DNA of 43,984 nt from a virus, in the IMG/VR virus record IMGVR_UViG_3300037466_001599; one strand, written 5' to 3'. Within the stretch, counting starts at the first letter, position 1, and each line of letters begins with the position of its first letter. A program made the position numbers and the translations under genes. A model generated the notes under the pieces. That model did no database searches. It was not told the origin of the DNA and saw only the letters and a program-made list of their open reading frames with translations. Below, one piece after another: positions 40,582 through 43,984 of the stretch.

Positions 40582-40745
40582 CAGACGTATCCGCAGGCCT
40601 GCCAAGCGACCCACGCGGCCTTCACGTCTTCCCCGAACAGCGCCGCCAGCGACCAAGCGACGATGAAGACGCACAGCAGGATCGCCAGATACTGAACCTT
40701 CGCCTCTTTCGGCAGGTTCGCGATGTTGCGCAGGGCCTGTTTCAT
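40578..40745 (-). CDS. antisense small membrane protein (55 aa)
   Basis: MKQALRNIANLPKEAKVQYLAILLCVFIVAWSLAALFGEDV... has one TM, with AGGA upstream of ATG 40745. Confidence 0.5.
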   Translation of the reverse strand: MKQALRNIANLPKEAKVQYLAILLCVFIVAWSLAALFGEDVKAAWVAWQACGYVC

Positions 40746-40802
40746 CGGCCCGCATCCTAAGCACGTACCGGCACAGCTGAACACCCCAGGGAGCCTCGCC
40801 CC

Positions 40803-41069
40803 ATGTCAAACCGCCCCACGGTGGCGAGCGCCTTGGCGCGCGCTGACGAAGCGCATCTCAAGCTGGACGGTCACGAGAGGCTTTGCGCCGAGCGCTACAA
40901 GAACCTCGATGAGAAGATGGACGCGGTGACGGGCGCCATCAAATCCCACCAGAAGATCGCGTGGGGGATCGTGGTGGCGCTCGTGGGCTGGATGGCGGTC
41001 CAGCTCTGGAACGGCCAAGTGACGCACCCGGCGAACCCGCCGGCCGCTGTCATCGGGACCGGCCCTTGA
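40803..41069 (+). CDS. holin-like single-TM protein
   Basis: TM segment IAWGIVVALVGWMAVQLW. It sits directly upstream of, and is TTGA-coupled to, the endolysin. Confidence 0.5.
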   Translation: MSNRPTVASALARADEAHLKLDGHERLCAERYKNLDEKMDAVTGAIKSHQKIAWGIVVALVGWMAVQLWNGQVTHPANPPAAVIGTGP

Positions 41070-41542
41070 GCAAGCGCGCCGTCGCCACCGTCGCGGCCAC
41101 GCTCGCCGCCGCTGGAGCCGCCGTAGGGCTGATCGCCACATCGGAAGGCTATGTGCCCGTGGGCTACCGAGATCCGGCGCCCGGGGCCTTTGAAACCATC
41201 TGCTGGGGCCATATGCAGCCGGGCGTCCTCGGCAAGCGCTACACCGAAGAACAGTGTGTCCAGCTCCTCGCGCAAGACGCCGTGAAGCATGGGCTTGAGA
41301 TCGCCCCCTGCCTGCCGGCCGAACTGCCGCAGGACACCCGCGCGGCCTTCATCAGCTTCGCCTTCAATATCGGAAGCGCGCGGTTCTGCTCATCTGGCGT
41401 GTCCTCCAAGGCAAGGGCCGGGGACCTGGCTGGAGCCTGCGCGGACCTCTCCAAGTGGGTGTTCGCCGGCAAGGTGAAGCTGCCGGGCCTCGTGACACGT
41501 AGGGCCGCCGAAAGGGCCCTCTGCGAAAAGGGCCTCGGTTGA
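41066..41542 (+). CDS. GH24 lysozyme with N-terminal SAR (signal-arrest-release) domain
   Basis: The weakly hydrophobic Ala/Gly-rich N-terminus AVATVAATLAAAGAAVGLIA is followed by SEGYVPVGYRDPAPGAFETICWGH (Glu-Asp-Thr catalytic pattern). Confidence 0.85.
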   Translation: MSKRAVATVAATLAAAGAAVGLIATSEGYVPVGYRDPAPGAFETICWGHMQPGVLGKRYTEEQCVQLLAQDAVKHGLEIAPCLPAELPQDTRAAFISFAFNIGSARFCSSGVSSKARAGDLAGACADLSKWVFAGKVKLPGLVTRRAAERALCEKGLG

Positions 41543-41685
41543 CCCCCGACGAGGCGGAAGCCCTCCAGCGGAAGTACAGCACCCGCCGCAAGCGCTGGGC
41601 GCGCCAGATCGGCATCCCGGTCGAAGGCGACATCGAAGAACCCGACCCGGGCGTCATCGACGCCGTTGATGAGACGGAGGGCTGA
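41539..41685 (+). CDS. candidate small acidic protein (48 aa)
   Basis: The TTG start overlaps the endolysin stop, and its own stop overlaps the next ATG. Below the ORF-track cutoff. Confidence 0.35.
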   Translation: MTPDEAEALQRKYSTRRKRWARQIGIPVEGDIEEPDPGVIDAVDETEG

Positions 41686-42770
41686 TGGGTACGCCCCGGC
41701 TGCGCCTTGAACTGGCGCAAGAGACCGTCGCCCGCGTCGAGGCTGAGCTGCGCGCCGGCTGTGTGCCGCAGAACGCGGGACAGGGCAAATCCGCGGTGGA
41801 AGCCGCCGCCGAGAAGGCGGTCGTGGACGGTTTCGCCCAGACCCGGAGCGGCTTTTCCAACCGCCTGCGGGTGGCGGCCGATCTCTACGGCCTGAGGCCC
41901 GACGAAACGCTCTACAGGCCCGCCCGCCATCAACAGCCGGTCCCGAGCGTCGCCCTGCGCGAGGCATTGCCGCCCGATCCTGAGCTCGCGATCCCGACCG
42001 GAGAGCCGACACAGGTTCTGGTCATCCCCGACCGGCACAACGACCCGCGCCAGCCGCACCGCCTGGCCTGCACGACCTGGATCGCCCGGCTAGGCTCTGA
42101 ACGCCGCCCGCCCGTCGTCATCGACCTGGGCGATGCGATCACGGTGGATTCCTGCTCCCGCCATGACCGCAACGAGACGCTGAAGGGGCGGCTCAAGCCA
42201 TCCATCAAGGCCGACCTCGACAACCACGCGGAAAGCCTGCTGGCCTTCGAGAAGGGCAGGGCGCCCGGCTGGAAGCCCAAGAAGATCAAGACCCGCGGCA
42301 ACCACGAACAGCGCCTCTGGTCCTTCGAGAACGAGCACCCGGAGAACGAGGGCTCACACACCCACACCTATTCCGAACAGCTCCTGCAGTTCGGCTGGCG
42401 CGAGCGAGACTTCGGCGAGTTCGCTTATGTCGATGGCGTGGCGTTCTCACACGCGCCGATCAACGGCCTGGGCCGCACCATGGGCGGCAAGACCGCGACG
42501 CACCGGGCCGGCGGGATGCTGAGCTGTTCGCTTGTGCACGGCCATACGCATTCGTTGCAGATCTTCAATGACCACAAGATGGGGCCGCAGGAGCGCATCA
42601 CGGTCATTCAGGCCGGGTGCGCGATGCCCTGGGGCGAGTACGAGCACTACGCCACCGCGGGGCCGGGCGGCTGGTGGTGGGGCGTGCTCATGCTGACCGT
42701 CTGGGGCGGTCAGATCGTGGATTTCGAGGCGATCTCGATGCTGAGGCTGCGGGACCGCTACTCGGACTAA
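41685..42770 (+). CDS. calcineurin-like metallophosphoesterase with ~110-aa N-terminal extension
   Basis: VIPDRHND (DxH), IDLGDAI (GD), TRGNHEQR (GNHE), VHGHTH (GHxH). Confidence 0.8.
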   Translation: MGTPRLRLELAQETVARVEAELRAGCVPQNAGQGKSAVEAAAEKAVVDGFAQTRSGFSNRLRVAADLYGLRPDETLYRPARHQQPVPSVALREALPPDPELAIPTGEPTQVLVIPDRHNDPRQPHRLACTTWIARLGSERRPPVVIDLGDAITVDSCSRHDRNETLKGRLKPSIKADLDNHAESLLAFEKGRAPGWKPKKIKTRGNHEQRLWSFENEHPENEGSHTHTYSEQLLQFGWRERDFGEFAYVDGVAFSHAPINGLGRTMGGKTATHRAGGMLSCSLVHGHTHSLQIFNDHKMGPQERITVIQAGCAMPWGEYEHYATAGPGGWWWGVLMLTVWGGQIVDFEAISMLRLRDRYSD

Positions 42771-42791
42771 CCCCAACACACCGGAGGCTCA

Positions 42792-42926
42792 ATGTGGGTT
42801 CTCTCCTTCCTTGGCGAGGGCGTGATCGTCGGCGTCCTGGTGTCGTGGTGTGTCTGGCGGTTGCCTCCGCTGCTCTCACGTCTTGCGCGTGGTCGGGAAA
42901 GCTCCAGCTCTCCTATCCGCAAGTGA
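42792..42926 (+). CDS. candidate 44-aa membrane micro-protein
   Basis: GGAGG 5 nt before the ATG. MWVLSFLGEGVIVGVLVSWCVW, then a basic tail. Confidence 0.45.
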   Translation: MWVLSFLGEGVIVGVLVSWCVWRLPPLLSRLARGRESSSSPIRK

Positions 42927-43008
42927 GCGTGAAAGCTCGTCCGGTGAGCCAGGGGGCAGGGTGGGGGCCTTGGCTCTACGGCGGGTGCCGTGTGTGTGAG
43001 CGCAAGAC

Positions 43009-43152
43009 GTGAGCCCGCAGTTGTTCGTGGCGGCGATGTTCGGCGGCTTCGTTGCGATCGTGCTGTTTGCGCTGCTGTTGGCCGCTGGCGTCGTGCTGGC
43101 TATCCGGGGGGTTTGGGCGCTTCTGCTGCGGTGGGTGACGGGGCAGATGTGA
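43009..43152 (+). CDS. candidate 47-aa membrane micro-protein
   Basis: GTG start. LFVAAMFGGFVAIVLFALLLAAGVVLAI. Very high GC3. The opposing 62-aa ORF is an obvious shadow. Confidence 0.4.
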   Translation: MSPQLFVAAMFGGFVAIVLFALLLAAGVVLAIRGVWALLLRWVTGQM

Positions 43153-43396
43153 GGGCATCCTCACTCGTCACGACGCGAAGTCCGCGAAGCAACTCCGGGC
43201 TCTCAGCGCTCTCATAGGAGATGCGCCAGTCCGTGGAGCCTTCCTGGGAAGTCGATTCGTCAAGATCGAAGGCGGTATCGAGCACGGTTCGCAACCCATC
43301 GTGCGGCACGAACCATCCGGTTGACGGATAGAACTTCGCCAGGAGCACCCGGACGCCCAGGCGCTCGTTGATCAGCCACATGCGGTTGTTGGCCAT
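43100..43396 (-). CDS. hypothetical protein (98 aa)
   Basis: ATG 43396 (MANNRMWLINERLG) with GGAG upstream, 5 nt after the upstream stop. Confidence 0.55.
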   Translation of the reverse strand: MANNRMWLINERLGVRVLLAKFYPSTGWFVPHDGLRTVLDTAFDLDESTSQEGSTDWRISYESAESPELLRGLRVVTSEDALTSAPSPTAAEAPKPPG

Positions 43397-43400
43397 GGCG

Positions 43401-43646
43401 TCACTCCGGGTCCAGGGCCGCGCGATAGGCCGAGGCCCGTTCGACATCGCCGAGGCTCTCAGCGATCTGGATCAGCGGCGCCATCAATTCATTGAATGAA
43501 AGCTTCTCCTGCCCGTAGGCCGGGCACCGTTCGGGATATTTCCCGTTCTCGCAGTAGCCGATGCACCAGCACTCGCCTGGTTGTCCAACGCTCGCGCGCA
43601 CCTCAGCGATCCGTCGAGCCACGCTGGCCGCTTTTGTCTCTGACAT
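43401..43646 (-). CDS. hypothetical Cys-containing protein (81 aa)
   Basis: ORF track. CWCIGYCENGKYPERC. Confidence 0.6.
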   Translation of the reverse strand: MSETKAASVARRIAEVRASVGQPGECWCIGYCENGKYPERCPAYGQEKLSFNELMAPLIQIAESLGDVERASAYRAALDPE

Positions 43647-43694
43647 GGCGTCAGACTAGCATCTTCCCCGTTGATTCAAAACAGGTTTTCGCCT

Positions 43695-43984
43695 ATGCTG
43701 AAGGCAATCCTCGGGTGGTTCTCGCCCGTCAAGCTGTACGCCAGCCTCGCGGCGGCTGCGGTCGTGCTCGCGGTCCTCGCCGGGCTCTACATGTGGGGCC
43801 GAAACGCCGGCCGCGAGGCCGAGGCCAAGCGATCCGCCCCGGTGATCGCAGAGCTTCGGAGCGACCTCGCCTCCTGCAAGCTCACCGTCACCCAGCAGTC
43901 GGACGCGCTCAAGGCCCAGAACGACGCCATCACCCAGCTCCAGACCGACGCAGAGCAGAGAGCCAAGGCCGCCGACGAAGCCCT
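43695..43984 (+). CDS. i-spanin (Rz-like), 5' portion; runs off the window end and continues at 128..263
   Basis: ATG 43695, N-terminal TM, frame continuous through the terminal repeat. Confidence 0.6.
   Translation, partial: MLKAILGWFSPVKLYASLAAAAVVLAVLAGLYMWGRNAGREAEAKRSAPVIAELRSDLASCKLTVTQQSDALKAQNDAITQLQTDAEQRAKAADEA
43858..43984. repeat. Terminal direct repeat, right copy
   Basis: Identical to 1..127. Confidence 0.9.

Overview
This GC-rich window (over 60% GC by eye) looks like a complete, circularly closed temperate phage genome. Bases 1-127 are identical to 43858-43984, which is probably an assembly overlap. The unique genome is therefore 43,857 bp, and an Rz-like spanin gene runs across the junction.

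The layout is lambdoid/P22-like:
- **Integration and leftward early operon:** attP-int-xis, then many small proteins, a Lar-like protein, TnpB, a C5 DNA methyltransferase, two HNH nucleases, NinB and a Rad52-type annealase.
- **Immunity switch:** a CI-like/Cro-like pair flanked by GTTCG-N7-CGAAC operators.
- **Rightward early operon:** RusA, a DnaA-domain-IV protein, a beta-class DNA methyltransferase, an HNH nuclease, a replication initiator with internal iterons, and a NusG-like protein.
- **Late operon:** TraR-like protein, TerS, TerL, P22-type portal, scaffold, coat, gp10-like factor, beta-helix tailspike, ejection proteins (one with an M15 peptidase domain) and fibre proteins.
- **Lysis region:** holin-like protein, SAR GH24 endolysin and spanins.

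I recognised no rRNA, tRNA or CRISPR array.

The observations I consider most worth a second look:
1. A catalytically intact TnpB with no tnpA, wedged between a C5-methyltransferase gene and a Lar-like gene, with no free space for transposon ends or an omega-RNA.
2. A perfect 47-bp inverted repeat that forms the in-frame 5' ends of two divergent genes and brackets the 6.2-kb immunity/recombination segment.
3. A NusG paralogue followed by a near-consensus promoter and a roughly 630-nt leader in front of the late genes.
4. A SAM-methyltransferase plus glycosyltransferase pair inside the virion module.
5. A fibre protein built from three tandem jelly-roll-like repeats.
6. Several antisense cassettes, one with an apparent frameshift.

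All functional calls rest on motif recognition by eye. No database search was run.
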